Source: Verrucomicrobiales bacterium (GTDB taxonomy: Bacteria > Verrucomicrobiota > Verrucomicrobiia > Verrucomicrobiales > DEV007). Taken from it: DNA of 37,345 nt. Position numbers and translations under genes: made by a program. Below the pieces are notes generated by a model. That model had not been told where the DNA came from and did not search any database. It worked only from the letters and a program-made list of their open reading frames with translations. How positions within the stretch are numbered: the first letter of the stretch is position 1; each line of letters starts with the position of its first letter. The stretch lies in contig JBLHKS010000051.1 of NCBI GenBank assembly GCA_047620505.1, forward strand, positions 1 to 37,345, read 5' to 3'. This document shows, piece by piece, positions 1-11,300 of this stretch.

Positions 1-749
1 GCATCAAAAAATCCAGAAAGTTTTCCACACCGTTGATCTGGATAGATGTCCGCTGGCTCTGGAACTTCCGCATCGGGATAATCAGCTTGATGGCGCTCGG
101 CTGGAGTGAAAGGACCGTGAACCGCGCCAAAACAGAGCCATAAATACCATGGCTTCTCGTCAGTTCGATCTTCGCCGCGAATGAAGTCGGCAGCGCGCTC
201 TGTATACCAATCCGTCGTGTACCCTGAGACTCGCTCCTTCTTTCCATCGATCTCGACGATCTGATCATCAAAATAGTTTCCTGCATTCTCTGGATACTTC
301 GGACGATTCCAGATGATTTGGTGATCCCAATCGCGACCGTATCCGCCATCGACGCCGGTGTGCCACTTGCCGATCTGTGCCGTGACGTAGCCCTTCTCGC
401 GAAAGACTTTTGGCCAGAACGGACACTTGTCAGGATCATAGGCGCTGGCTGGATACTCGCCTTCCATCCGCATGGACTCGACTCCGAACTGATGATGCCC
501 AGTTAACATCGTTGCCCGCGAGGGCATGCACCAAGTTCCCATGTAGGCATGCGTGAACCTGACTCCGTCGGCTGCGAGCGCGTCAATGTTGGGGGTGTTG
601 ACCCATGAATAGGCTTCTGGGTAACAACTAACGGTTCGGTGGGATTGATCGTCCGTAAATATATAGAGAATGTTGGGGCGCTCGGCTCCGAATCCGGATT
701 GGGCTGCGATCAGCAAGTAGAGTAACGGGATGTAGGAAATCTTTATCAT
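1..749 (-). CDS. Sulfatase (arylsulfatase family), N-terminal part. The gene continues beyond the window start (C-terminus missing).
   Basis: Manual reverse-strand translation from the ATG at 749 gives MIKISYIPLLYLLIAAQSGFGAERPNILYIFTDDQSHRTVSCY...MGTWCMPSRATMLTGHH. This has a signal peptide, the LYIFTDDQ metal-binding start and the C-x-P-S-R formylglycine motif of type I sulfatases. There is no stop before position 1. Confidence 0.8.
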   Translation of the reverse strand, partial: MIKISYIPLLYLLIAAQSGFGAERPNILYIFTDDQSHRTVSCYPEAYSWVNTPNIDALAADGVRFTHAYMGTWCMPSRATMLTGHHQFGVESMRMEGEYPASAYDPDKCPFWPKVFREKGYVTAQIGKWHTGVDGGYGRDWDHQIIWNRPKYPENAGNYFDDQIVEIDGKKERVSGYTTDWYTERAADFIRGEDRTDEKPWYLWLCFGAVHGPFTPAERHQADYPDAEVPEPADIYPDQRCGKLSGFFD

Positions 750-776
750 TGGCAGTAGTTGTTTTTCAAAATGCGG

Positions 777-1960
777 TTACTTCCCAAAAATATCCGGGCT
801 CGGCCAGCGGTCTTCGAGGGTCCTGACACGCTCCTCAACCGGTGGCTTCACGTTTGGCCAATTCTGCGGGCGAAAACGGACGATGCGTCCGGGGCGGAAA
901 CCCTCGAGAATCAAAGGGACCTCGAATTGAACCTGAATCCCGCTGCTGCAAAAATGGGGCTCTTCCGCCGTCTTTTCCACAGCGATAATTTTGCCATCCA
1001 TCCCATCGTGGTCGGGCCACCAGGTCCGTAGGGTGTTTTCTGCAGCGGCCATTTTGCCGCCGATGCCCGGCTTGAAATCGATGTAGAGCGATTCATCCAT
1101 TCCGCCAAACAAAGTCGCCGTTATCGTGGCCTGACCGAACTTTTCGTGGCTTACCGAATCTATTCTCGCAGGCATCCAGCGGGTGCGGATGTGGCGGATG
1201 TGGCGCTGACGTTGGCGCTCGGAAGCGACCTTCATCGCGGCTTCATCGAGCCAAATATCAGCAGCATGAAACTGTTGGTAAAGATATCTCGGATGCCAAG
1301 TCAGGCCGAGTTGAATGGCCTTCCCATCGAAACTCTTCTGCCCCGATGCTGGCCACGTCCCCTCAGCCACGAGTTCACCGAAACCGAGCAGCTCTCGGCC
1401 ACGCCAAATCCGCGTGGAGCCGTCGATCGTAATTTTATGTTCTCCGCCGAGCCCCTCGCCGCCTTCCTCGCGGTCTAGAGTGACGTCGAGGTGGCCTTCC
1501 GAGCCGTTGATCCCCACCTCCTTCAGCTTCCAAGCCTTGCCTTCGCGCAAACACAGGCTCGGGCCATCTTCCAGCAATGCTGCGTGGTTTTCGGCCGGCT
1601 GAGTTACCTGATTTCTCTTCACAACCGGGACTGCGGATGTCTCAGGATCAGGCGGCAGGAAAAAGCGGCCGTAAAGAACGGTGCCGAGCGGAATATCGCG
1701 CAACTCGGCCGGTGCGCCGCGGTAACGGATCATGCCGTAGGGCAGCATCGCAAAATGGTGCAGCCGACCCTCTTGAAAATGGTCGTCCACGTGCAGACGC
1801 AGGCTTCCGCGCCGATTTATGTGGTCGACAAAGACTAGCTCACCACGGTAGGATTTGGCTTCTTCGATTGGTGGAAACTTGCCAGGCTCCGGGCGGAAGG
1901 GCTCCTCATCCGCGGCATGTCCCAGAGAAGTGAGCAGAGCAAAGTAGAGCAGCAAACGAA

Positions 1961-1964
<4 letters not shown>
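777..1964 (-). CDS. Secreted hypothetical protein with an N-terminal signal peptide and no recognised domain.
   Basis: 395-aa ORF. The N-terminus [21 protein letters not shown] is signal-peptide-like. The start overlaps the stop of the upstream DUF1501 gene by 4 bp (1961..1964). Confidence 0.6.
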
Positions 1965-3316
<1,352 letters not shown>

Positions 3317-3330
3317 AGTATTATTAGTCT

Positions 3331-5757
3331 TCAGCGTTTTTGAATGAGGTTAGACAAGGCTACGGCGCGGACAATGTCTTTCAAACGATGGTCTTTCTGT
3401 TTTGCCTCTTCCACAATTAATTGGATGTCCTCGCGATCGTCCACGGTGAGGACCCGGCGCAATGTGTAGGTGCAAAGATGCTCGACAAAAGCATGTAGAA
3501 AACGGTCGCGGTCACCCAGCAGCTGCTGCTTGAACTCGACCGCGTCCGCAAAATCGCGGCCATCCGGCAACGTGCCGCTGGGATCCACCGGCGGATCGTC
3601 TCCCTTGCCTTTCTCGACCCGTTCGTGCGTTCGCCATTGGCCGATCGCATCGTACTGGTCGAATGCTAAGCCGAGCGGATCGATCGTGCGATGGCAGGCC
3701 GCGCAGTTCGCGTTCTGAGCGTGCGCTTCGATCTTTTGGCGAATCGTAGCCTTGGGGCTGTCTGGCGGATTCGGCTCGATAGGATCGACATTCGCTGGCG
3801 GAGGTGGCGGGGTTTTTCCGAAGATCGCTTCGCTGACCCAAACCCCACGGTGAACCGGACGATGTCGGGTGCCGTCAGAGGTAAGCCCGAGGATCGCTCC
3901 CGTGGTCAGCAGACCGCCGCGGTGATTTTCAGGAAGTAAAGAAACTCGCTGAAATCCGGAACTTTTTGGTTCTGGCAGGCCGTAGAAATCGCACAGACGC
4001 GGATTGGCGACCGTCCAGTCAGAAGCGAGAAACGAGTCGAGAGGCTGGTTGTTTGCGAAGACCTCGCGGAAATAATGAACGACTTCTTCGCGCATGCTCG
4101 CCTCCAGCCAAACGTCGTAGCTCGGATACAGTTTGCGATCCGGCGGAAACATCCCGAGACGATGCAGCTGAAGCCACTGACGCGGGAAATCGTCGATGAA
4201 TCGGTCGATCTTCGGATCCTCCAGCATTCGATCTACCTCAGCAGCCAAGCCGTTGCCTTCGCCCAGCTTACCATTTCGAGCTGCGTCGAACAGAGCCTGA
4301 TCTGGCATGGAGCTCCATAGTAGAAAGGACAGCCGGGAGGCGAGTTCGGAATCCGTCAGCAACTCGCGAGGCTCAGCGTCGCCTTCTACCAGGTAGGTGA
4401 AATTCCGCGAGGTCAGCACACCGAGCAGCGCCACCTGGTAAGCCGCGAAAATGTCCTCACCAAGTGCGCGTTCCGATTCGTAAGATTTGAGGTAGGGCGC
4501 GAGTTCATCCAACGAAACCTGGCGACGCCAGGCGCGTTCTGCAAAGCGCTGTATATGAAGAGCGACGTCGCTCGACGCTGCATCCTCGATGGGGAGCAGG
4601 CCCTCACGAGTGGCGCGCTCGACCTCTGTTTCGATCGGTCCTTCCCACTCGATCCAATCTAGTAGCACCGTTGAGTAAATCCCGTTCCCGTCATCATCGA
4701 ACATTTTGGGCGCAGTCGGATTCAGCAGCTGGGTCTCGCTCGAGTGAGTGAAAATGTAAAACGGTTGGGAGAGGGCATTTCGGTAGTGGCCGCCTTTCTG
4801 ACGGTCGATGATGTCCGTCGCCACGACGTTAAAATTTAGAGTTGTCGGCATCTCCAGAAACACCTCGAATTCGTAGATTTCCGGCGCGTCCTCCGGAGCC
4901 AGAATATCCAATTCGATCAATCCTTCGTTGCTCTCTTCGCCTGTGCTTTTGCCGATGCGCAAATGGGCCGGCTGACCTCCCGGCGGACGAATTCCGCTGG
5001 CCTGCATTTTAACCCGATAAAGCCCGCTGTGTTCCGGTCCAGTTTGTCCAAACCAGTTGGACGAAAACGCCTGCTGCATTCGGCCGGGAAATATCAGAGA
5101 GCGCAGAGGCCGCTTGATCCCAAACCGATCGAGGGAAGCCTGTTGCTTCTCGCCGCCCTGGTAGCGAATGTCTGCCCCGGTTTTGCGGACGGTTCGCGTC
5201 TCGACCGGCTTATCGGGAAACGCGCGTCCCAGCACCGTCTCGGCCGCGCGAAAATAACGCTCCACGTGAGATGGCGCGAGCGTGAGCTGCGAACCGATTC
5301 GCTCAAACCCGTGCCAGAGCGGATCCGCATTCAATTCGCCCGGCTTAGTCGGATCGTAACGCACCCCCAGGAGATCGTAGACCGTGTTCTGATATTCCTT
5401 TCGGCTAAGCCGGTAGTGAGCCACTGGAGGTCGCGCCGCCATGCGTGCTGCTCGGCCCTCGCGGATCAGCGAATCGAGCTGCCCGATCACCGCGGCGATC
5501 TCGCTTTCGTTTGGCTGAGGCTCATCCTCAGGCGGCATTTCCCCAGCGTTGATCCGCTCCACGACCTCCACCCAGAGATGGCCGTCCGCACCCGCCTTGA
5601 AATCGCGCGAAAGCTGGTCGATCCGCAAGTCGCCTTTCTCCTTCTCCGGCCCATGGCAACTCACGCAATGCTTCTGGAGAAACGCTTCGAACGGTTCTTC
5701 AGCGAAACCAGCAGCTGCTGGTAGGCAGGCGATGAGGATGAAACAAAATCGAGTCAT
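3331..5757 (-). CDS. Planctomycete cytochrome-c (PSCyt) domain protein with a DUF1588/DUF1592-type C-terminal CxxCH region.
   Basis: 808 aa. It has a signal peptide, an N-terminal heme-like motif [18 protein letters not shown] (PSCyt1-like) and a C-terminal [26 protein letters not shown] (DUF1588-like). Family names are assigned from motif memory, not from a search. Confidence 0.65.
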   Translation of the reverse strand: MTRFCFILIACLPAAAGFAEEPFEAFLQKHCVSCHGPEKEKGDLRIDQLSRDFKAGADGHLWVEVVERINAGEMPPEDEPQPNESEIAAVIGQLDSLIREGRAARMAARPPVAHYRLSRKEYQNTVYDLLGVRYDPTKPGELNADPLWHGFERIGSQLTLAPSHVERYFRAAETVLGRAFPDKPVETRTVRKTGADIRYQGGEKQQASLDRFGIKRPLRSLIFPGRMQQAFSSNWFGQTGPEHSGLYRVKMQASGIRPPGGQPAHLRIGKSTGEESNEGLIELDILAPEDAPEIYEFEVFLEMPTTLNFNVVATDIIDRQKGGHYRNALSQPFYIFTHSSETQLLNPTAPKMFDDDGNGIYSTVLLDWIEWEGPIETEVERATREGLLPIEDAASSDVALHIQRFAERAWRRQVSLDELAPYLKSYESERALGEDIFAAYQVALLGVLTSRNFTYLVEGDAEPRELLTDSELASRLSFLLWSSMPDQALFDAARNGKLGEGNGLAAEVDRMLEDPKIDRFIDDFPRQWLQLHRLGMFPPDRKLYPSYDVWLEASMREEVVHYFREVFANNQPLDSFLASDWTVANPRLCDFYGLPEPKSSGFQRVSLLPENHRGGLLTTGAILGLTSDGTRHRPVHRGVWVSEAIFGKTPPPPPANVDPIEPNPPDSPKATIRQKIEAHAQNANCAACHRTIDPLGLAFDQYDAIGQWRTHERVEKGKGDDPPVDPSGTLPDGRDFADAVEFKQQLLGDRDRFLHAFVEHLCTYTLRRVLTVDDREDIQLIVEEAKQKDHRLKDIVRAVALSNLIQKR
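3517..3528. repeat. Exact copy of the palindrome CAGCAGCTGCTG.
   Basis: Lies inside the 808-aa PSCyt gene (KQQLLG). Confidence 0.9.
5709..5720. repeat. Exact copy of the palindrome CAGCAGCTGCTG.
   Basis: Lies in the signal-peptide region of the 808-aa PSCyt gene (PAAAGF, a different frame). Confidence 0.9.
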
Positions 5758-5867
5758 AAAATGGCAGTTGCAGATTAGACACGGTTAAGGCGATTCCGGA
5801 ATATCTTCAATTTCTCCGTCGGTTTAGGGAAGGCCGAGGCCACAATTCCGGGCTAAGATGGCGATCA
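5758..5867. promoter_or_regulatory. Divergent intergenic region, presumably holding promoters for the minus-strand PSCyt operon and the plus-strand membrane-protein pair.
   Basis: A 110-bp non-coding gap between two divergently oriented gene starts. No specific -35/-10 call was made. Confidence 0.3.
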
Positions 5868-6434
5868 ATGAATGCAATGGAACGATGGCTCGCTCCCGGG
5901 ATCCTGATTGGGGTCGCGCTCCTTCAGTTGGGGCTCGCGAATTTCGGGACGCTGACGCCTTGGAAGGGCGGGGGATTCGGGATGTTTTCGAGCACGGATT
6001 CTCTGGGAAAGCGGGTCGTTTCCTGCGAAGGTGTGACGACTTCGGGTGAGAAAATTCGGATCAATCCGTTCGCTGGTCTTGAACCCGAGTTAGTCGACAG
6101 CTGGCAATCGATGCCGCGCGAGGATGTTTTGAGGCGGTTAGCCGGGGATCTGCTGCGGACGCCGGTGGTTCCTGCGGGATCGCGACGAAATGCGGCTGCG
6201 GAGCGCTTTTTGGTCGAGAATCCTGCCCTCGTTCCTGAGATTGAGCCGGTTCATTCGAAGCCGAGCGCGGTTTTTCGGCCGATCTCTTCCGAAGATCCGG
6301 AAGCGGCTCTGGTTGACGCCGTCGACCTCGAATCTGTCCGGATGCAGTGGTGGCGAGTCGTGTTTGATGTCGAAACGGCGAGCTTCACCTCCGAACCGAT
6401 CGGCGAATTTGTAGAACTAAGCCGCAACGACTGA
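5868..6434 (+). CDS. Hypothetical membrane-anchored protein.
   Basis: 188 aa. It has an ATG start and an N-terminal hydrophobic segment APGILIGVALLQLGLANFG. Its stop overlaps the next ATG (ATGA at 6431-6436). Confidence 0.5.
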   Translation: MNAMERWLAPGILIGVALLQLGLANFGTLTPWKGGGFGMFSSTDSLGKRVVSCEGVTTSGEKIRINPFAGLEPELVDSWQSMPREDVLRRLAGDLLRTPVVPAGSRRNAAAERFLVENPALVPEIEPVHSKPSAVFRPISSEDPEAALVDAVDLESVRMQWWRVVFDVETASFTSEPIGEFVELSRND

Positions 6435-7318
6435 TGCCGACGTTTCTTCAGGATTTCTGGCGTTTTGTCAGGGAGATGTTCGACGCTCTGCTTGAGCAGA
6501 AAATTGACGAGCTTGTTTTGCGGCTGACGTTGCTGGTTTTGATCCTTCATGGCGCGAGCGACACGATCCTCGACGTCGCTCTAAAAGTGCTCTGCGGCTT
6601 TCTGCTCCTCAGCCCGAAACATCTCAAAAATCCGCCGCTCTGGGCTCTTCTCTGCGCGGTTGTCTGGTGGATGAACGCGACGGTTTGGCTCTTGATCGAC
6701 AATCACAAATTCCTCATGAGTTACTGGACTCTCGCTTGCGCGGTGGCGGTCGCGAGCTCGGATCCTAAGCGAATTTTGGCGTGGAACGGTCGCTTGTTGA
6801 TCGGCCTGACGTTTTTGTTCGCCGTCGGCTGGAAACTCATCGGAGGCCAGTACCTGAACGGCGAATTTTTCTACCACGCGCTGCTGACAGACGATCGTTT
6901 CGAAATCATCGCCACCACGCTGGGCGGAGTTTCGCCTGTCGATCTCGACCAAGCCAAAATCATCGAGGATGCGGTCAAAGCCTACCCAGCCGAATCAACC
7001 GTCGCGACAGTCGTCGACAGCCGCCGCTTGTTGATGGTTTCGCTCGTCATTTCGTGGTGGACGTTGCTGATTGAGGCCGCGATTGCGATCGATTTTCTCT
7101 TTCTGCAGAAGTCAGCAGCTGCTCGCCGAACGCGCGACTGGATTCTCCTCGGTTTCATCGCCACGACTTACCCGATCGCCCCGGTTCTCGGCTTCGGATA
7201 CACGTTGGTCATTCTTGGGTTCGCTGCTTGCCCTAAGGAACGGACGGCGACTCGGGTTGCGTATTTGATCGTGCTTGTTGTGCTTCAGTTAGGGCGATTG
7301 CCGCATGAAATGCTGTGA
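6434..7318 (+). CDS. Polytopic integral membrane protein. It may be HTTM-like, but that is unverified.
   Basis: 294 aa with at least 6 hydrophobic helices (LVLILHGASD, LWALLCAVVWWMNATVWLLI, LIGLTFLFAVGW, LMVSLVISWWTLLIEAAIAIDFLF, ILLGFIATTYPIAPVLGFGYTLVILGF). It is translationally coupled to the upstream ORF. Confidence 0.55.
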   Translation: MPTFLQDFWRFVREMFDALLEQKIDELVLRLTLLVLILHGASDTILDVALKVLCGFLLLSPKHLKNPPLWALLCAVVWWMNATVWLLIDNHKFLMSYWTLACAVAVASSDPKRILAWNGRLLIGLTFLFAVGWKLIGGQYLNGEFFYHALLTDDRFEIIATTLGGVSPVDLDQAKIIEDAVKAYPAESTVATVVDSRRLLMVSLVISWWTLLIEAAIAIDFLFLQKSAAARRTRDWILLGFIATTYPIAPVLGFGYTLVILGFAACPKERTATRVAYLIVLVVLQLGRLPHEML

Positions 7319-7416
7319 ATTCGCCAATTCTACTTGGACGGGCTTATTGGAAGCAAGCCCATCCAGGAGTTGGCTCCAAGGACTTGAATCGAAGTCTTGA
7401 ACTGATAGATTCGGGT

Positions 7417-7839
7417 ATGAATGCGGCCGAAATCATTGCGGAAATCAAATCCTTGCCACCCGACGAGGTTGGTGCGCTTGAGGAGTTCTTCGAGGAGCGG
7501 GCAAGGGAATCCCGGCGGCTTTCTGGCGAGGAATTGAAGGAAATGGCTCACGAAATGGTGGATTCCGATGGCATGCATGAGCAAGCGGCAATGAAAAAGA
7601 CAATCACAGAGGAATTTTACGGCGATGAGGGCGATGACCGCGCCCGTTGTCTCGACGGCAGCGACTGGCCGCAGACGGTCAGCGACAAGAAAGTTTGGGT
7701 GGCTTGGTTCAAATCATTGAAACCCATGATGAACGAGGCTGAGCACGTCGAATGGGAGAAATTCCGGCTTGAGGAAAAGGAGCGCCGAAAAAAGCAGGAT
7801 TGGGAACGACTTAAGAAGGTTGAAACGATCTTCGATTGA
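7417..7839 (+). CDS. Putative antitoxin / addiction-module component partnered with the downstream VapC. It is an acidic protein.
   Basis: The ORF ends 3 bp before the VapC start. From the ATG at 7417 it reads MNAAEIIAEIKSLPPDEVGALEEFFEER..., resembling the LSPEER-type addiction-module component family. The track ORF starts at GTG 7315. The true start is uncertain, and the 141-174 aa length is unusual for an antitoxin. Confidence 0.35.
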   Translation: MNAAEIIAEIKSLPPDEVGALEEFFEERARESRRLSGEELKEMAHEMVDSDGMHEQAAMKKTITEEFYGDEGDDRARCLDGSDWPQTVSDKKVWVAWFKSLKPMMNEAEHVEWEKFRLEEKERRKKQDWERLKKVETIFD

Positions 7840-7842
7840 TCG

Positions 7843-8247
7843 ATGCGATATCTTCTCGATACCGGACTCGCCGGAGCTTTTCTCAACGCGCGTGACGGCG
7901 TTCTTGAGCGTGTCTTCGAAGCTCAGCAGCGAGGCGATGTGATCGGAATCTGCACGCCGGTGCTCGCTGAGCTTTGGTATGGGATCGAGAACTCCGCGAA
8001 TCCCGAGGCGAATCGCCGAAGGCTTCTCTACGGCTTCAAGAGGCTCAAAGACTGGCCGTTCGATCCTGCCGCCGCTCGGAGGTTTGGCGAGTTGGCGGCG
8101 GAATTGCGTCGTATCGGCCGGCAGATGCAAACGTTCGACATTCAAATCGCTGCGATCGCGCTCGAACTCGGAAATTGTGTTGTCGTTTCCAAAGATAGCG
8201 ATCTCAAAGCCGTTCCGGGGCTCAAAGTTGAGGATTGGAGTCGGTAA
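7843..8247 (+). CDS. vapC: PIN-domain ribonuclease toxin VapC.
   Basis: 134 aa. It has MRYLLDTGL (conserved Asp6), an acidic residue in LAELWYG, and the C-terminal DIQIAAIALELGNCVVVSKDSDL. This is the classic VapC PIN signature. Confidence 0.8.
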   Translation: MRYLLDTGLAGAFLNARDGVLERVFEAQQRGDVIGICTPVLAELWYGIENSANPEANRRRLLYGFKRLKDWPFDPAAARRFGELAAELRRIGRQMQTFDIQIAAIALELGNCVVVSKDSDLKAVPGLKVEDWSR

Positions 8248-8361
8248 GAATCGCCCATTTCCAACATCCGCTTCACTTGAAAGCCCCTCCATGCCGCTCT
8301 CGTGTATCGCGGTGAACCGCCAACTCCGGTTCGGGCCCCATTTTTAACGATCTCTAGAGGA

Positions 8362-11300
8362 ATGATGAATTCGACGCTGCGCTTCCGTCTCGCCGTGCCA
8401 TTTTTGGCGCTTTCGCTCACTTCAACCGGCTTTGCGGCTGACGAAAAATCGGACAGTTCCGGTCCGGTCAGCTACTACGAGCAGATCCGCCCGATCTTCC
8501 AGGCCAGTTGCCAGGGCTGCCACCAGCCGGCGAAGGCGAAGGGCGATTACGTCATGACCCAGTTTCAGCAGCTGCTGAAGGGCGGAAAAACGGGCGATGC
8601 GGCGATCACGCCGGGGAAAGCGGAGGAATCGAGCGTGGTTCTCCGGGTGAAGCCCGAGGCTGGCGAGGACATCATGCCGCCGAAGGGCGAGAAGCTGAAC
8701 GAATCGGAAATCGCGCTGATCGAGCGCTGGATCAGCGAGGGCGCGAAGGACGACACGCCGCAAAACGCCGTCGCCCGCTATTCGCTGGAAAACCCGCCGA
8801 GTTACGTTCAGGCCCCGATCATCACGTCGATGGATTTCTCGCCAGACGGGAAGCTGCTGGCAGTCGCGGGGTTCCACGAGGTGATTTTGCTCAAAGCCGA
8901 CGGCTCGGGGCAGGTCGCGCGGCTGATCGGGCTTTCGGAGCAGATCGATACGGTCAAATTCTCGCCAGACGGGACGAAAATCGCGGTGACGGGCGGGCTG
9001 CCGGAGCGGATGGGCGAGCTTCAGGTCTGGGACGTCGCCAAACGCGAACTCGACCTCTCGTTGCCGATGGGTTTTGACACGATTTACGGGGCAAGTTGGT
9101 CGCCGGACGGCAAGTTGGTCGCTTTCGGCATGCCGGACAACACGATGCGCGCGGTGAACTCGGAAACGGGCGAGCAGGTCGTTTTCATGGGTGGCCACAA
9201 CGACTGGGTTCTCGACACCGAATTCAACAAAGCGGGCACCCACATCATTTCGGTCGGCCGCGACATGTCGACGAAATTGACCGAGGTCGCGACCCAGCGA
9301 CTTGTCGATAATTTGACCTCGATCACGCCCGAGGCGCTCAAGGGCGGGATCGGCGCTGTCGTGATTCATCCGTCGCAGGACCACATTTTGATTGGAGGCT
9401 CGGATGGTGCTCCTCAAATCTACCGAACGAAGCGCGAAACTGTGCGAAAAATCGGTGACAACGCCAATTTGATTCGAAAATACCCACAAATGCGTGGACG
9501 GATCTGGAGCGTCGCTTTTCGGCCTGATGGAAAGCAGTTCGTGGCTGGTTCGAGCCTGAACGGACAGGGCGAGATCGCGATTTACAAAAGCGAGTACGAC
9601 CCGGCGATTCCTGCCGATGTGAAGAAGGCGATGGAGACGGCTCGGAGTCGGCCAGATTCGAAAAAAGGTAAAGAGCAGCAGCTGGTCGACGCCTGGCAGA
9701 CGAAGGGCGTCGAGGAGCCGATTCGGATTCCGGTCGAAGTCGCAATTTACGCGGTCGCCTACTCGCCGGACGGCAAAATGATCGCCGCGTCAGGTCAGGA
9801 CGGCTTGATTCGCTTGATCAATCCGGCTGATGGGAAAATCGCGAAAAATGTGACGCCGGTCGAGATCACAGCTGAGAAGATCGCGGTCGATAAATTTGGC
9901 GAGAAAGATAAGGCGGACGAGATCACTTGGCAGACGGAGCCGGTGCTTTCGGGGGAGATCACAAAGCTTGATGTTTCGCCGAAGAAAATCACGATCAGCG
10001 GTCCGGCTCGCTACCAGCAGCTGCTGGTGACGGCGCACTACGCGAGCGGTGAGCAGCTCGATGTAACGCGGATGGTTGCCTTCGAAGTCAGCGGTGAATT
10101 GGTCGAGATTTCGAAACGCGGTCTCGCCAAGCCGAAGCGGGACGGAACCGGAAAACTAACGGTGGCGCTCGGCGCGAAGAAAGTTGAGATCGCGGTCGAG
10201 GTCGCTGGTTTGGCTGAGCCGCTGCATCCGTACTGGATCACCGATATCAATCCGGTCATCAGCCGGATGGGCTGCAACGCCGGCACCTGCCACGGCGCGA
10301 AAGACGGGAAGGCCGGCTTCAAACTTTCGCTTCGCGGTTACGACCCGGTTTACGATGTCAGGGCTTTCACTGACGATATTCAGAGCCGCCGGGTGAATTA
10401 CGCTTCGCCCGACGACAGCTTGATGCTTCTGAAAACGACGGGCGCGGTCCCTCATGAGGGCGGTCAACTCGCGCCGCAGCACTCGACTTATTATGATCTT
10501 GTCAGGAGCTGGATTTCTGACGGTGGTCAGCTCGAATTGGCCGCTCCGCGCGTGAAGAGCATCGAAGTTTTCCCGAAAAATCCGGTGATTCAGAAAATCG
10601 GGAGTCGCCAGCAGTTTCGCGTCGTCGCGACCTTGACCAACGGCGAAATTCGCGATGTGACGCGCGAGGCGTTTGTCGAAAGCGGAAACGCCGACGTGTC
10701 GACGCATGACAACCAAGCGATGCTCGCGACGATCCGTCGTGGTGAAGCGCCGATCCTCGCTCGCTACGAGGGAGCCTACGCGGCGACGACGTTGACGGTG
10801 ATGGGCGATCGCAAGGGCTTTGAGTGGTCGGAGCAGCCGGCGAATAACCGGATTGACGAACTTGTCGCTTCGAAGTGGCAGCGGATGAAAATCGAGCCAA
10901 GCGGTTTGTGCGATGACTCGGAATTCATTCGCCGGGTTTATCTGGATTTGACCGGTTTGCCGCCAAGCGTCGACGTGGTTCGCGCGTTTCTCGCCGATAA
11001 GAGTCCGATGCAGAAAAAGCGTGATGGGTTAGTCGATTCGCTCATCGGGACGGGGGAGTTTGTCGATCACTGGGCCAACAAATGGGCTGACCTACTTCAG
11101 GTAAACTCGAAATTCCTCGGTGGCAGCGGCGCGTCCGAATTCCGGGCCTGGATTCATGAGGAAGTGAAGGCGAACACGCCCTACGACGAGTTCGTTTACA
11201 AAATCATCACCGCGACCGGCTCGAACAAGGACAACCCGCCCGCGAGCTACTACAAAATCCTCCGCGAGCCGGATGCGATCATGGAAAACACGACGCACCT

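Noticed and set aside
7714-8292. 192-aa minus-strand ORF overlapping vapC.
   Set aside because: It is antisense to a canonical PIN-domain gene and has no recognisable features.
8302-8361. Upstream extension of the 1733-aa ORF (MYRGEPPTPVRAPFLTISRG).
   Set aside because: The ATG at 8362 follows a GAGG Shine-Dalgarno-like sequence and gives a proper signal peptide. The extension is probably not translated.
8422-9489. 355-aa minus-strand ORF, and similar long ORFs at 10156..10716, 11092..11814 and 12625..13113, inside the 1733-aa gene.
   Set aside because: These are antisense shadow ORFs, typical of high-GC DNA. They are Arg/Pro/Ala-rich, have no motifs, and lie entirely inside a strongly supported gene.
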